DNA of 64,000 nucleotides. It comes from the human T2T-CHM13v2.0 reference genome, Homo sapiens. The position numbers and the translations under genes are program-made. The notes under the pieces are model-generated. The model was given only the letters and a program-made list of their open reading frames with translations. It was not told the origin of the DNA and did no database searches. The stretch is from the NCBI RefSeq assembly GCF_009914755.1, contig NC_060947.1. One strand, written 5' to 3'. Below are positions 1-13,900 of the stretch, one piece after another; the first letter of the stretch is position 1; each line of letters opens with the position of its first letter.

Positions 1-21
1 GTGTGTGTGTGTGTGTGTGTG
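1..21. repeat. (GT)n microsatellite, truncated by window edge
   Basis: Pure GT dinucleotide run. Confidence 0.95.
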
Positions 22-264
22 AATAGTGTGAGTACATTCCGAATGAAGAATGCCATTCATGTTTTTAGCATAAACTTCTGAATGGAATTAGATTCATAAC
101 AAGTCCTTCTGTGTGTATTCTTTATTGATACATTTATATATTTTTGTAGCTGAATCAGAGTGAATTAGGCTAGCCTAAAAGGTTTAATCTCTACAGCTAA
201 ATTCAAGAAAGAGAAGTAGAAGATATTACTAGGTAGAGAAGATGCAGATAACTTTCACCTATTA

Positions 265-383
265 AGACCTATAATATAGGTATTATTTTATCCCCATTTT
301 ATAGAAGATGAAACTGACAAAAGGAGTGGTTAAAACACTTGCCCAAGGTCATGTAGCTGATGTGGTAAAACCAAGACTAGACC
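265..383 (-). mobile_element. MIR SINE fragment
   Basis: tatccccattttatagaagatgaaactga...cttgcccaaggtca is the reverse complement of the MIR core. Confidence 0.75.
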
Positions 384-828
384 TGTGGCAGACTGCATTA
401 TTGTTAAAAAACACTCATGTTCTTGCTTACACCTTCAGGAAAGGAGTATATTTGCCCACACCAGTGATGTTGGGCATGGCTTTGTGACTTGCTTTGGTCT
501 CGTGGTGGGTGGAATGTACTTCACTACACATCGTCTTTGAGCTTGGCCATGGACTTGCATTGGCCAATGAGATATTAGCAGAAATGATACAAGCAGAGAT
601 GTGAAATGTGGTTGGGCTTGTCCTTTTGTATTTCTGCCATTGTCATGAGAAGAACGTGTTCCAGTCAACCTACTGATCCAAAGAAGAGAGAAATGTTGAG
701 TTGACCTAGACTCAAATAACAACTTGGAGCCAAGCCCAGCTCACTCACAAATGGGTAAGGAATAATTGATTGTGGTTTTAAGCCACTGAGTTTGTTGCAG
801 TTTGTTACCTGGCAAGAGTTAACTGATA
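384..828 (+). mobile_element. MaLR solo LTR (MLT1H/I-like)
   Basis: Starts tgtggcaga; contains tggccaatgagatattagcagaa; ends ttttaagccactgagtttg...aactgata, typical of MLT1. Confidence 0.7.
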
Positions 829-904
829 AAGAGCCTAAATGGTCTAAATCTAAGAACCTGTACTATTAATCACTACCAAGGCATCACAATCAGAATTATT
901 CCTA

Positions 905-1276
<372 letters not shown>

Positions 1277-2309
1277 TTAATTCTGTAACAGTATGTGATA
1301 GATACAATTATAAAAGTATTTTCCTTGGAATACACCTGTTTTCACACCCTTTTCTTTCATATCTTTTAAAAATTAAGAACACATGTAGTTAGTTTTGTTT
1401 AATGTCCAGTTTGCACAACTTAAATGTACATGTCTTAGCCTCCCACTTCCAGATGTAATCCACTTATGAGTTAGGGAACATGTCTGCCACTGTGAAACAA
1501 TATCTGTGATGGATAAGTGAACACATTTTGAATGACACAAATGGTTCCCATCCACAGAAAAGCAATGACAGGGAGGGAAATGGAAAACTGGATATTTACA
1601 ATAAAAATAACAACACGAAGAGGTTTGTTCTGCACCGATGGGCCAGAGATGTAAAATTTAGATAGAGATGTGGACAATAGCTACCTGAGCAATGACAGAC
1701 TTTGTTTTTCACCTTTTGAGGTGTGTTGATCTTCTGCATTTAAAACAGGTCTGAGAAACTTGGAAAGCAGGTCAAGGTCTTGGTTTGAGCTTGCCTATGT
1801 TCGATCCTTGAAGCTTTAGGGCATAAAATAGCATGGGAGATTATATAGTTTAGAAACACAGAGTGATTGTTTAGCCTCCTCCTGTGGACTCTACATTTAT
1901 TTCACATGGTTATAAATATATATATTCTGAGGGTTTGAGATTTTTTGGGTATATATGTTTTGCAAATGTGCAATCACTCAAAAAATTAGTGTTTCTTTAT
2001 TGCGAGAATTTTCATGGACTTTAATGTACTAAGAAGCATTATTAAATCTTCCAGACAGTGGTGGAACATGCACCACTTCTTAGGCTATTTGTCCAGGAAC
2101 ACTGTTCGAAGAGCAACTCATAGGGCTAAAGTGATACAGAACATATGTTCAGGATTTTGCTCTAATATGTTTATCTACTGAAATCGCATTGCTTTAGGGA
2201 CCCTAGTCTATTATATTCTCACAGCATCCAGTGAGGTAAGTAGGAAATAAACTTTATTGACCAAGTTCTTCTTGATGCAGAAAGGGAGGCTGCCTGTGTG
2301 ACAGTAAGT

Positions 2310-2515
2310 AAGATGTGAGTTCTGGCATCTGACTGTATGGCATCACTTACTAATGGTATAAGCCTGGGTGTCTATACCTCATCTTTTTCATCTATAAATA
2401 GGAATAATAGTTAAAATACCTTATCTTATAAGTTTGTTGTGAGAATTTAGTGAGATACTAACTGGAAAACACTTAGCATAGTGCCTGACACATGGTAGGT
2501 TCTCAATAAATATCA
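2310..2515 (+). mobile_element. MIR SINE
   Basis: catctataaataggaataatag...cttagcatagtgcctgacacatggtaggttctcaataaat matches the MIR 3' half. Confidence 0.75.
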
Positions 2516-2534
2516 TCTTAAATGACAATTATTA

Positions 2535-3800
<1,266 letters not shown>

Positions 3801-4429
3801 TATAATTATTATTGCTGAGCAGAATGGCCAGCACTAGGTTTTGGGAATTCTTCCCAATTTATAGAAATGTCTGGTATCAGTTGGACTGTTCCCACAGCTG
3901 CTAATTGTGTTGTGAAACTAAAACATTTCCAGTGGGGTCTGAAAATTGAGTCACAATGGCTAGGAAATTGCTCCCCCTCTCTATGATTATAGTAGAGCTT
4001 TGTGCTGAGGCCTCTGTCTGATTACAGTCTTGATGCCTGGTTGCTAAAAGGGTGAGGCAAGATGTGAACGAAGCCAAAGTCATAGCCCACCAAGATGATC
4101 TTGACTGGGTATCTCTATTTCCCACTCCCTGGCCAGAGAATTCCTTCTCATGTGCAGACTGGCCTTTGGGGAATTTCTTTTGTAGAGTCCACAGCTGGGA
4201 AGTGATTCTCTCCTTTAGTTTGGTTATAAGGTCCTCTCGCCTTCATGTTTCTGGAAGTGAGCTCATTGTTTCTGTTTTGTAAGACAGAATGTAAAATCAC
4301 TTCTTTTCAGCCAGCTAGCAGCATAGCTGGGCAAAGTATAGTTTTAAATTTCACATTCAAGAATAGATTGGGAACTTAATCTTTTTTGTGTTTCTCTCTC
4401 CCTTTCTCCCCCGCTCCCTTCCTCACCAA

Positions 4430-4625
4430 ATACATTATTATATACAGAACTATTTGAGAGATTGTTGCAGACATCATGAAATTGTAACCCCTGAGTACAT
4501 TATCCCAAGAACAAGGACAATGTCCTACATAACCACAATGTAACTATTACCCCGAGAAATCTAACATTCATAAAACACTATTATCTGATATACGGCGCAT
4601 ATTCAAATTTCCCCAGTTATCTTTC
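4430..4625 (-). mobile_element. old L1M (L1MC-like) 3' fragment
   Basis: gttgcagacatcatg...aagaacaaggaca...cataaccacaat...catattcaaatttcccca resembles an antisense L1MC 3'UTR. Confidence 0.55.
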
Positions 4626-4679
4626 TATTTATTCATTTTTGTTTCAACAGCCTTTCTGGAACCTCCTAGTCTTAGTGCT

Positions 4680-4877
4680 GCCTTTGTGCTTATCATACAA
4701 TATTATTATTTTCTATTTGCTTGCAGTCACTCTGCTGGCCTCAGTTTATAGCTTTGCTCACAGTTGAATCCTCAGCACAGACTAGGGTACTACCCACACC
4801 TCTGTTCACTGTGCTTCCTAGTGTGCTGCCCATAGTAGATGCTCAATAAATACTTGAGGAATTGGATTGAACTGAAT
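4680..4877 (+). mobile_element. L2 LINE 3' end
   Basis: catagtagatgctcaataaatacttg...tgaactgaat terminus. Confidence 0.55.
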
Positions 4878-5505
4878 ATGCCAGTCAGGGTCCATGTTGC
4901 AGACACACTCCTTGGTACTTCTGAGTGTCTACTCTTAAAGCCAACTGTGAGTCATCAGTGACTACCATTTTCTCCTTTAGATTTCTTGGCATTGCTGTTG
5001 GTCTTTTGCACTTGGCGTCTCCCCACTACACTCATATTTTCTTTGGTGTAATTTTTGACAGCTCATGAAGTAGTGAGAGTTGAATGAGAATAAGTGTGAT
5101 GATGTAAGCTGAAAACAATGAAATGCTAGTTTCATTCAGGGGAAGTTGGTACTTATAAGTTGGTGTGAGCTGTCTTGGCAAAACCACAAAGTCACCAGTG
5201 CTTTTGAGCAGTTCAGGTTGCAATTCTTGACCCTGTTTTCGTGTTCTCCTTTCACTGATGTAATGTTATGATGCCAGAATGGTTCCCGGATTAGTTCATA
5301 CTGGAAGCAAAAGATCCAAAAACTTTAAACTTTAGTCTTGTGGGTGGCAAGCAGATTTGTCATGGGTAATTGGCGTGGTTGTCAACTCATCTATTTTGTC
5401 TTGTTAGGAAGTCTGCAGGACTGTGACATTTTAAGGGCTTGTCAAGTTTACTAGATCCATGAGCCATAGTTGTGTCGTTTAAATTATGTTTTAAGGACAA
5501 AGGTG

Positions 5506-5640
5506 GGGAGATATACCTAATGTAAATGATGAGTTAATGGGTGCAGCACACCAACATGGCACATGTATACATATGTAACAAACCTGCACGTTGTGCACAT
5601 GTACCCTAAAACTTAAAATATAATAATAATAATAAAAAAA
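5506..5640 (+). mobile_element. severely 5'-truncated L1PA (L1PA3/4-like) insertion
   Basis: ggagatatacctaatgtaaatgatgagttaatgggtgcagcacaccaacatggc...gtaccctaaaacttaaa plus A tail; TSD aaggacaaag(g/t)tg at 5493-5505 and 5640-5652. Confidence 0.93.
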
Positions 5641-6399
5641 AGGACAAAGTTGATGAAGGAGTTCAAGACAAAGAGAAACTTTTCTCAGCACACATTTGGG
5701 AGTACATAGATATCTCATGGAACTTACTATGACAGGGCACTCAAGAATAAAATTACAGAAGGGAATGGATATAAGTCCAGAAGCTTTGAGGTACCTTAGT
5801 CCAGATCAGTAGAAACTACAATCCAGTGTTTTCAAGATACTGGCAACTACTTGGAATAGAGTGAGACCTATTTTATTTACTTCAATGTTTATACGTGGAT
5901 ACAAAGACTGTGCTGGACACAATTTATTTGTCTTTATCAAGTGGTTATGATGTGATAGATTTGATTCCTATTCATAAACGGAGAACTTGAAGTATATAGG
6001 ACACTAAGTAGATACTAAAGTATGAGAACTGAAATGACCTTTCAGTGTACTGTGGACGCTTATCAGTACTTCCTTGACTTTTTTAAATCTTAAAGCAAGA
6101 AACGTAATGAATATAGGGTAAATGTTTCTGGTCTTTAGGCATCTGTAGCAGAGAAATCTCCACTGAGTTATGTTAAGTGTTGGTCATTTAAGTAAATCCT
6201 GATATTACTGAATGAGTGTGAGGTTCTGCTTTTTCATCTCAGTGACTTCTATAAAGCCATTGTCTGAATAAAATTCATTCTGAACAGCAAACTAGATTTC
6301 CATCAACAATTGGATCAACTTTTGGATTTTCTATTTGATTGCATTGGTTGTGCTATTTTTGTATCATAAGCAAACTTTTTAAATTGTAGAAGCCGTGTT

Positions 6400-7760
6400 G
6401 CATGTTTTAATACCTGGTTAGCTGGCACATCCTCCACCTATTGTTCTATTTTAGAGATTTCCTGGCTTGTTTGTTCTTCCAAATGAATTTTATATTCAAT
6501 TTGTCAAGTTTCAGAAAAGATCCTGGTGATATTTTTAATGGAGTTGCATGAAACTTATAAATTAACTCAGAGAGAACTGACATCTTTATCATGTTAATGT
6601 TTCCTAACCTGACATGTCTTTCCATTAATTTTTTTCCATTATATATTTTAACTGATTTTTATTTGTATATATGAAGGCTATTGATTTTTATATTAATTTT
6701 ATAACTTTCTACTTTATTAAATTGTCCCATTTGTTTATAGTAGTTTTTCCATTGGTTCTTTTGGATTTTCTAAATATATTATCATATCATCTGTAAATAA
6801 AAATAGTAATACCTCTTTTTTTCAACATTTTTATGCTTCTAATTGATTTCTCTTGTATTCTTGGATTGGTTATTAGATACAACACAATATGAAATAGTAT
6901 TGGGAATAATGGGCATCTTTGTCTTATATCTGACTTTAGCAGGAAGGCCTCTAGTGTGTTTCCATTAAATTACATGCTGACTTTTGTACTGGGGTAAATG
7001 TATTTTTATAATATTGGAAAAGTATTAATCAATTCCTATTTTATCAAATTATTTTACATGGAAGACTATTGAATTTTGTCAAATGCCTTTAACATTGATG
7101 GAAATGAGTGTATGATTTTTTCTAATTAGTTTTATTAATATTTCAGAAAACTTCTCAAAATTTAAGCACCTTGGTACTCTTGGCAAAAGGCTCATCTGGT
7201 TGTGATGTATTTTTTTTAATGTACCATTTGATTCTACCTACTAATATTAATTTATAATTTTTGCATTGAGATTCATAGTGAGGTTTATCTCTATGTTTTT
7301 CTGATACAATATTTGTTAAACTTTAAAAATTTTTGGAATTTTCTTTCCTTTTCTGAAATAATTTAAGCAGCATTGGGATGATTTGATTTTTAAAGTTTTG
7401 GAAGAATTAAGCTGAGAAGCCATCGGGGCCTGGGGCTTTTTTGTGGGAGAGCTTTTTAACTACTTTCCCTATTTCTCTTATGGTAATTCTTATTTAGATA
7501 AGTTGTGCCTTTCTAGGAAATCATCAGATTCAAATATATTTGTAGAGATCTGCGCAAGATAGTCTATGAGTTTTAAAATTTTATTTTATTTGACGGTTAT
7601 TTTCCCTTTGTTGTTTTAAATTCTTTATATTTGTACTTTCTTGTTCCTTTTCTAGCTTTTTGAATCGGTTGTTTATTTTGTTTTCACTTTAATGAATATA
7701 AGTGTTTAATGACATACATTTTGTCTTTGTAACAGTTTTAATCCATCTGAAAATTTCTTG
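6400..7760 (-). mobile_element. ancient L1M (L1ME/MC-like) ORF2 region, antisense
   Basis: T-rich decayed L1 motifs (gagaactgacatcttta, atcatatcatctgtaaata, gggcatctttgtctt, tgaattttgtcaaatgccttt, gaagccatcggggcctgg). Confidence 0.75.
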
Positions 7761-7943
7761 TTTTCCAGTAGGCAAGTCGATTTACATTTATCGATCCTGT
7801 ATTTGGCTTCAGTTCTCTCATTGTTTTACACACACACACACACGTTAGTATTTTTAGTATTTGTTCTATTCCATTGCTTTGGTTTTCTTCTCTGGGAACT
7901 CCTATTTTGACTCATGGTTTACATATGTTTAAATATGCTATTC

Positions 7944-8244
<301 letters not shown>

Positions 8245-9150
8245 TGAATCCTTTAAACAATCATTTTATACTTTTTAAAAAAATCTTTAAATTTTCCTCT
8301 TTTCTTTGACTTCTGTTTCTCTTGAGGCTTTATTGGCTCTATTCATTCATTCTGGGACTTACTATAGTTTTGTCATCATCTCTGAAATGATTTTATTTCT
8401 AATTTTTTCCTGATTCTGTCACCTCTCTTTCTAAATTTTCCTTTCCTCCAATCTCCTTATTTCTGAATTTTTCTAATTTTGATTTATGCTATCCTTTCAT
8501 AGCTTCTATTATTTTCTGAAGCTTTTTTTTAACCTTGTGTTGAATTATCAGATTACAGTTTTAATCAGTTTTTCGGGCATGACTTTCTGGACTGCCTTCA
8601 TTGTAGAAACATTATTTATTTCTTATTCTCATTTCTGTCACAATAACTCTGTAGAGAGTCAATGTTGAATTAGTTTTTCTGTAGCCTTATAAGGGAGAGA
8701 ACCAGATATTTTTTCTGGCTTTACAGATTTATCATTTCTTCTTCTGATGCTTTTTCAAAGCTATAAAGGACATGACCTCACACTTGCTGGTGTCTGCTTC
8801 CACTGCTGCCCTCCTCCACTTTTATTTGAACTCATCAACGAAAGCATCCATATTGTCCCAGTCTTGCTCAATTTGAATTTTCCTGTCAGCATTTTATCCT
8901 CATTGTGGGGTTTTGTCTTGGGAAGGAGATTTGATTTGTTAGTTTTGAAATCTATAGGGCACACACTGCTCCAGTCCCATCATACCTTTTTGCATCAAGA
9001 TTTCCTTGAGAAGGCACTCACCCACAAATTAAGTCAAGCAGAATCCCTTTCCCGTTTTGACAGACATTTCTAGTCTGGACTTTTAGGAGTACTTGCTGAT
9101 TTGAACGTTCCCTGTTCTCAGAGACATCAGAAGCCCAGTAGCCTTCCTTC

Positions 9151-9342
9151 TTTTTTTTTTTTTTTTTTTTTTTTCCTGAGGCGGGGTCACCATTACCACA
9201 CCTGGCTAACTTTTGTATTTTTAGTAGAGACAGGGTTTTGCCATGTTGGCCAGGCTGGTCTCGAACCCCTGACCTCAGGTGATCTGCCCGCCTTGGCCTC
9301 CCAAAGTGCTGGGATTATAGGCATGAGCCACCCTGCCCAGCC
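9151..9342 (-). mobile_element. AluS with most of the right monomer deleted
   Basis: Poly-T, about 15 nt of Alu 3' end, then a jump to the linker and intact left arm; TSD agt(a/t)gccttccttct at 9137-9151 and 9343-9357. Confidence 0.9.
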
Positions 9343-9409
9343 AGTTGCCTTCCTTCTGCATCCTCCTACTCAGATGCTGAAGCCACATGGGTTATGCAGC
9401 TCTTGGAGT

Positions 9410-9995
9410 TGCAACATTCTCTTATTGGTTTTCCTGCCTTCAGTACTGTCACCCTCTAATATCTGCCAGAAAGTCTATCTAAAATGCAAATGGCTTTATT
9501 GTTTTACCTTGTCTATAAGACAGAGACGTGTTCTCCTGGCTCCTCTGCCTCATTTCTTGCCATTTTCTATGGAGCGCCACCGCTGCCTGGCTAAAATTCT
9601 TACTCATGTCATGTTGTTGCCTGCTTCCAGGGCTCCGCTCATGCTGTGGCTTCTGACTCGAATACCTTTCCCACGGCTTTGCCTAACTTATGCCTTTAGC
9701 TCAGTCATGGTTTTCTTTTTTCCAAGAGGAAACTCCCGGAACCACCCTCCAGTCAACCTGAGTTAGTTACTCCTCCTTTATGCTCCCATGATGCCCTGTA
9801 CATCTAGCTTTCATTGCACTTATCACAGCATCATTAGCTATTTAAGGCCCCTCTTCTCCCCATCACTTAGCTTAGCTCATGACTTGCCTAAATCAGATTT
9901 TGTCTTACTCACATTTGTTTCCCTTGTAATTTCCGAAGAATGGTTCCTCATCAATGGTTGTAGAATAGATGAATGGATAAGCAAATAAATGAATT
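9410..9995 (+). mobile_element. L2 LINE 3' region
   Basis: Pyrimidine-rich L2 body ending gaatagatgaatggataagcaaataaatgaat. Confidence 0.65.
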
Positions 9996-10344
9996 ATTAG
10001 TTGGATATTTTAGCTGAAGTATGAGAGGTAGACACGTACATGAAAAGGATGGGTTTCCAACATATCCCTGGTCATGGTGGGTAGAGAAGTATCTATTCAG
10101 TCTACATGTGAGGTTGACCCTCCTCTGTGAAATGTTGCTTCTCTATAAGAGATTTTGGCAAAGTTCAAACTTTAATGCTGTTCAAGTTAACAGGCTCCCA
10201 GGAGTGAGATCACATGGCCCTCTTCTGGGTTTATAGGCAAGTGTGTGCATGTTGCAAGGTTGTCTGTTACTTGCCAGTACCAAGGTAAATATAACACATA
10301 GAATACAAATGCCCACAGGAAGCCCCCATGTATATGACTATGAG

Positions 10345-10384
10345 TGAGTATGTGCATGTCTGTGTGTATGTGTGTGTGTGTGTG
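10345..10384. repeat. imperfect (TG)n microsatellite
   Basis: tgagtatgtgcatgtctgtgtgtatgtgtgtgtgtgtgtg. Confidence 0.8.
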
Positions 10385-10960
10385 ATCACAAATGGCTGGT
10401 ATCGGATGAAGCAATGGTCCAAAATTGGCAAAACTGAGCAGTTCGCAGACAAACATCCACCAATTGTTTGGATGACTGAATTTCTGTTTGTGGTAGTAAC
10501 ACAAGCATGATGCAGACAAGGAAGGAAGAGAGAGACAGGGAAGAACAGGCCCCCTGCTTAACCAGCTTTTCTTTCTAAAGAAATGAGAGTAGCTAACCCT
10601 GCTCTGGGAGATGAGAGACAGACTGTTGGTACATGGCCTAGTGATATAAATGCCAAAGAAGGTAGATCTTCTCTAAAGATCAGACTTCAAGCATAAATGA
10701 GCCTGTTGGAAGTTCAGGTCCTTTCTTCCTCACACTATGCATGGGATAGAGCCTCTGAAAGGTAATATCAAACAGGACAAGGAACATCTGAAAGAAGGTG
10801 CATAGACTTTGTTGGAACCAATAAGTGGGCAAATTAATATGCTAGCTACATTCACAACAAATGGAGCTATTATTGTTTTCCTTAGCAAATATTTAGGTAA
10901 TTATTTGGGAAATACCTTAAGTGTGGAAGGAGAATTCTTGAAAGTGAAGACCCTACTTCT

Positions 10961-11045
10961 TTTATCTATTATCTACATATCTTTTATCTATACATATCTT
11001 TTATCTATTATCTACATCTATTACTTATCTACAAACATGTCTATA
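10961..11045. repeat. degenerate (TATC)n tandem repeat
   Basis: Repeated tttatctattatctacat units. Confidence 0.7.
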
Positions 11046-13029
11046 AATGTTAAGAAACAAGAGAGTACAGGACACTAGGGGAATGGCAGTTTGTAAGCTG
11101 AGACCAGGCTATACTTAGGAAATCATTTATATAGTTGTCCATCCATCCAACAAGTGATTTATGCATTTAGTGATTACACATTATAAGGATAAATGTTATA
11201 AATGTAACAAATGTGGTCAACTCTATGCAGATTAGGTCTTAGCTACAGCTTGAGCTAGGACCTAATCTGCATGGCTCTCTGCTCCTTTATCCTTTTAACT
11301 TTTTCAGCTGATGACTTTTCACCCTAGCCTGTGTGTTCAGCTTTTTAGGCTGTGGGACCAAGGGTAACTCTAGGCAGAGAGATTTTTGAGGAACGCTAGC
11401 TCAATAGCCATGACCAAGCCTCAGTCTTTCTAGCATAAGCTCTCCTGGATCGCTGCTTAATGGAGACCACTGGCCTCAAGTTGCCATATTATACTACTCC
11501 AGACTGTGTGAATAACAGCCCTTGGAATTCTGCATGCACAACCCATGCAGCCTAACATGGCAGCTTTGCATAGGAAGCAATTCTCTTCATTTCCCTTTGT
11601 CCTCCCAGGAAATCTACACTAAAGTATCCTTATTATAAGAGGATAAAAATACACAAGGATTTAGGCTGATTTCTGGTTTCTTATATCCCAGAGAATTCAC
11701 AATTCTATGAGAGACTCTTTGTCTATTAGCTTCTAGAGAACAAACACTATATCTTGGATAACTTAGAATCTCACTGAAGATGTTGATAGAATTGACCTGG
11801 GATCACAACTGAATCATTTAACTTCTGTTCATGCTGTTGCAAACTGGAATTCAAATCTGTCTTTAGAACAGAAATTTCAATGCAAAGTTCTGCCTTCTGG
11901 GGCAAAACTTAAGTGCCTTAGTGGTGGTGGAGAATGTGAATTGAATTTCAGATTATGTACCAAGTGGTGGTGGAAATTGCCATTCTGATTTATTTGGATC
12001 CATAGCTTTGGCTCTGTCCACCATGAGTACCAGTGTAGACTCTGCTGGGGACAAAAACTTAAAGGAAAAAGATGTGTATGTGTCACTCTAGCTATCCAAG
12101 TTTTCAGTGGCAGTAAAGGGTCAGGTTTAATTTGAGCTGTGGTGGTTCTGAAAGTGTTTCAGCCAAGTGGTTAGATTGCATATTTGGCTAGGCCCTGTGT
12201 GCTATTTGCAACAGTAATACAAACATCACATAAAAGTCATTTAGTCCATGGAAGCTTCCCACAACTGAGCAGAGCTTAATTTTGATGCTCTGCTGGGGTT
12301 GTATGGGGTTGCCAGGCATTGGTATGTATTTTTCCAGTGACCCAGGCCTTTTAATATGTACTAAAGAGGGCACTGAATCTTCATATGCAAACCCACCTGT
12401 TTGTACTATCTTTCCATTTAGGTGTCGGTCTTTTGGAACTTAGGAACTTCATCTTCTTGCTTAGTTGTACTAGAGAAATATTACCTACATATGAGGTGCC
12501 CAAGAAATATTAGATACTAAAAAAAATTGTCCAGGCCAATTTGTATCTTAAAAACAGCATTTCACTTGTCTTACAGGGGTAAAATAAAAACGCTGAGCTG
12601 GTAAAATTGCTTGGACCTGATGTGTTGTATTTGATGCCCAGAGCAGTAGCAAATCTGCTGACAGGCTTGGACAGACCAAAAAAAAAAAAAAAAAAAAAAA
12701 AACAAAAAAAAAACAACAACAACCACGTTGAAACGTCTGTGTAATGCTGCTTCAGGGAAATGCTATTTTTAAAGAAATGAAACACATTATTTAGGGTTTG
12801 TGGATGTAATCCAGGCCTTTGAAGTCGGTAAGAAGATCTTAATTAGAAAGAAATGGGAAGATTGAATGCTTTTATGGAGAACCCAACATTAAGAGGTATG
12901 TTTATCATAGCTGCAGATGATATATATTGTGCACTGGCTGCAGCTCTTTGACAAAACCAAAGCCTTTAAAGTTACTGTAGTGCATCCGTCCCCAAGTTTG
13001 TTCGGCATCTAATGAGCAGGCATTAATCA

Positions 13030-13195
13030 CGTAAAACTTGGAGGCAGTTCATAAAAGGACAATGAAGATGATTTAAAGCTTGGAAAATAAAGCCTTAAAG
13101 GAAAGGTTAAAACAATTCACATTATTAGCTTGGTAAAAAAGGATTTGAGGAGTGAGGATTTCCAGACAATGCAAGGTTATTGTTGGCAAGATGGC
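13030..13195 (+). mobile_element. CR1/L3 LINE ORF2 3' fragment
   Basis: ttggaggcagttcataaaaggacaatgaagatgatttaaagcttggaaaataaagccttaaaggaaaggttaaa resembles the L3/CR1 consensus. Confidence 0.6.
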
Positions 13196-13417
13196 ATGCT
13201 TAATGAGAAACTTTTCCCCAGGAATCCTAACATTTCTCTTTTATTGGTCTTATTATAAAAATATATTCATAGGAAAAGTTAGGAAGCACACATGAGGAAG
13301 GAGAAGGAGAATACGTACTAAAACTTTATCACCCAGAGGGGCTCACAAAGCTCACTTGAAGAGGATGAGCAGAATGTCTGGGGCGAGGGTTTTCTTAGAG
13401 GGAAACTGCAACATTAT

Positions 13418-13463
13418 GTTTTTTGTTTTTTTGTTTGGTTTTGTTTGTTTGTTTGTTTGTTTT
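13418..13463. repeat. (TTTG)n microsatellite
   Basis: gttttttgtttttttgtttggttttgtttgtttgtttgtttgttttg. Confidence 0.85.
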
Positions 13464-13464
13464 G

Positions 13465-13650
13465 CAGCATTTCTCATGGTTGGAATTAACTAATGGCTTG
13501 TATACTTATTTATCTAATATATCTTCCTGGCTAGACTGTAAGCTTCAGAAGGGTGGGAATTATGTTTGTCTTTTCACCATTGCGTTCTCAGAGCCTAACA
13601 CAGTGCCTAGCATATAAAAGGTGCTTAATATTTTGTGCATACATGAAGAA
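13465..13650 (+). mobile_element. L2 LINE 3' end
   Basis: ctagactgtaagcttcagaagggtggga...gagcctaacacagtgcctagcatat. Confidence 0.8.
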
Positions 13651-13659
13651 TACATATGC

Positions 13660-13900
13660 ATATAATATTTATACAAAATGGAGCACCCTATATATGCTGT
13701 TTTGTAACTCCCCTAATTTTAACAAAATATTGTGACAATCTTTTCATGTTATTAATATTCTACACTATCACTTGAATGGCAGCAAGGTGTTCTGCTGTAT
13801 GTATGGGATCTCAGGTATTTAACCATTTCTCTACTTGGGGACATATAAGTTGTTTCCAGTTTTTCCTGTTTCCAATAGTATAGCAATAATCACGATCGTA
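13660..13900 (-). mobile_element. L1ME 3' fragment, antisense
   Basis: tatttaaccatttctctacttggggacatataagttgtttccagttttt. Confidence 0.65.

Noticed and set aside
9101-9766. Longest ORF in the window (221 aa)
   Set aside because: It starts at TTG and runs through poly-T, an antisense Alu and an L2, with no domain signature; a chance ORF.
11390-11570. Possible hAT-Tip100/MER91-type relic
   Set aside because: Only one terminus-like motif was recognisable, which is too weak to call.
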